Below, one piece after another: positions 62,913-64,000 of a DNA stretch of 64,000 nt. A model generated the notes under the pieces. The model was not told the origin of the DNA and searched no databases. It saw only the letters and a list, made by a program, of their open reading frames with translations. Every line of letters starts with the position of its first letter. Within the stretch, counting starts at the first letter, position 1. Source of the DNA: Lingula anatina (Eukaryota > Animalia > Brachiopoda); contig CM120647.1 of the NCBI GenBank assembly GCA_051362555.1, positions 11,632,651 to 11,696,650 on the forward strand. The letters run 5' to 3'. A program made the translations under genes and the position numbers.

Positions 62913-64000
62913 CTATGGACCCCCGTGACAGTTTTCAGTGGGTTTGGAAGTTTGGAAGTAAAACCTCTTTGTCGATTGGCTTAAATACTGAGCAATTTGG
63001 TGTTTATTTTTTTCATCAGAAATCTTTCTCAGTTTTACCTGCACGTGTCGAAAGAGTTCATGTATATCCTGGATGACAGGGATTTCCTCCACTAAGCACT
63101 GGGTAAAGGGGCTCAGAGAAGACTCATTACAGCCAGCATAAGCAGGGGTACCATCAGAAGTAGAAAGTATTTTAATAATATCGTAGCCACGTTTAGTTTT
63201 GTTTAATTCTTCTAGATGAGCTGTGTGTTTCTTGATATCATTTTCTATTGACGCTGGACCTTTTCCTTCGGTCCCTTGACCTCGGCATGCGTCTGTTATA
63301 TATATTTTGACATCTGCATCTGTTTCCCCTAAGTTTAACAGAATCTTGTCCTCATCAATTGTATCGTTATTCTGACAAAGAAGTTGCGCGGCACCGTTTT
63401 CTGAAATTTTCCCGTGACCCGAAAAATAAAAAAGGACAACTGCATCTTTTTGCTTGCCCCACCCTTCTATTACATCCATGATATCCTTTTCATTTGCATC
63501 CTTTAATATGGTTACCTCAAATGGCTGGTTAAGGGAACTCAAAACCTTATACATCTCATCTGCATCATTTTCACAAGACGGCAGACTTGGAGCTGGACCA
63601 CAAGAATAGTTGTTGCCCACTACTAGAGCCAAACGCTTCTCATGGTGGCACACAGCCTCTGGAGAGGGTACCGAACTGAGTTCTGTTGAATAAATAACGT
63701 AATAAATAACAGTCCAGGAGGTACCACTGATTTTTAACGTAAAATTCGACTCTGGTGCTGGTAAAAAGTACTTAATCTGATTACCTTTGATTTGTGTCTG
63801 ATGTTGGATAATAACTTAGGCGCACCACCAACTCAACTTTGAGCAGGTGAGTGTGAACAGTAAGCTTTTTTCTCAAGACATAATGATTATATATTTGAAA
63901 ATGAGCTTACCTGGCGGTTCTGAATCAAGCCCTCCCAACCGATCTCTGATAAGGCCGTAGAATGTGTCTGATGGTTTGTCATTTGTATATTTCCTTAACA
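62913..64000 (-). CDS. Peptidase C14 (para/orthocaspase-type) domain protein, 3' part; gene continues beyond the window
   Basis: Exon 63682-62913 (acceptor ttcaacag) encodes ALVVGNNY, L..CENDA, LFYFSGHG, ITDACRG and SPFTQCL. An upstream exon (>=64000-63911, donor cag|gtaagc) joins in phase: LRKYTNDKPSDTFYGLIRDRLGGLDSEPPE. Confidence 0.85.

Overview
Eukaryotic (metazoan, probably invertebrate) AT-rich genomic DNA with spliceosomal GT-AG introns, microsatellites and many transposon relics. (1) 0.8-21.6 kb: a repeatedly duplicated cassette of three small uncharacterised gene families: A (minus, 2 copies), B (plus, 4 copies; near-invariant C-terminus on variable N-termini) and C (minus, 1 intact + 1 truncated copy). 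By eye, C resembles bacterial YafQ/RelE-type mRNA interferase toxins. Relics of the arylsulfatase last exon lie between the cassettes. (2) 22.9-52.2 kb: three tandem arylsulfatase B-like genes on the minus strand, each with 8 coding exons of identical sizes (524 aa, CSPSR motif), plus a fragment of a fourth. This block also holds an RTE-type LINE, a Penelope-type palindrome with hammerhead-like cores and a ~6 kb TIR element with an internal satellite. (3) 53.4-60.4 kb: one 7-exon plus-strand gene that splices in frame into a 653-aa signal-anchor + JmjC + aldo-keto-reductase fusion, whose AKR domain lacks the catalytic Tyr and His. (4) 62.9-64 kb: the 3' part of a gene with a para/orthocaspase-type C14 domain (SGHG, DACRG). 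All assignments come from manual reading; no database searches were run.
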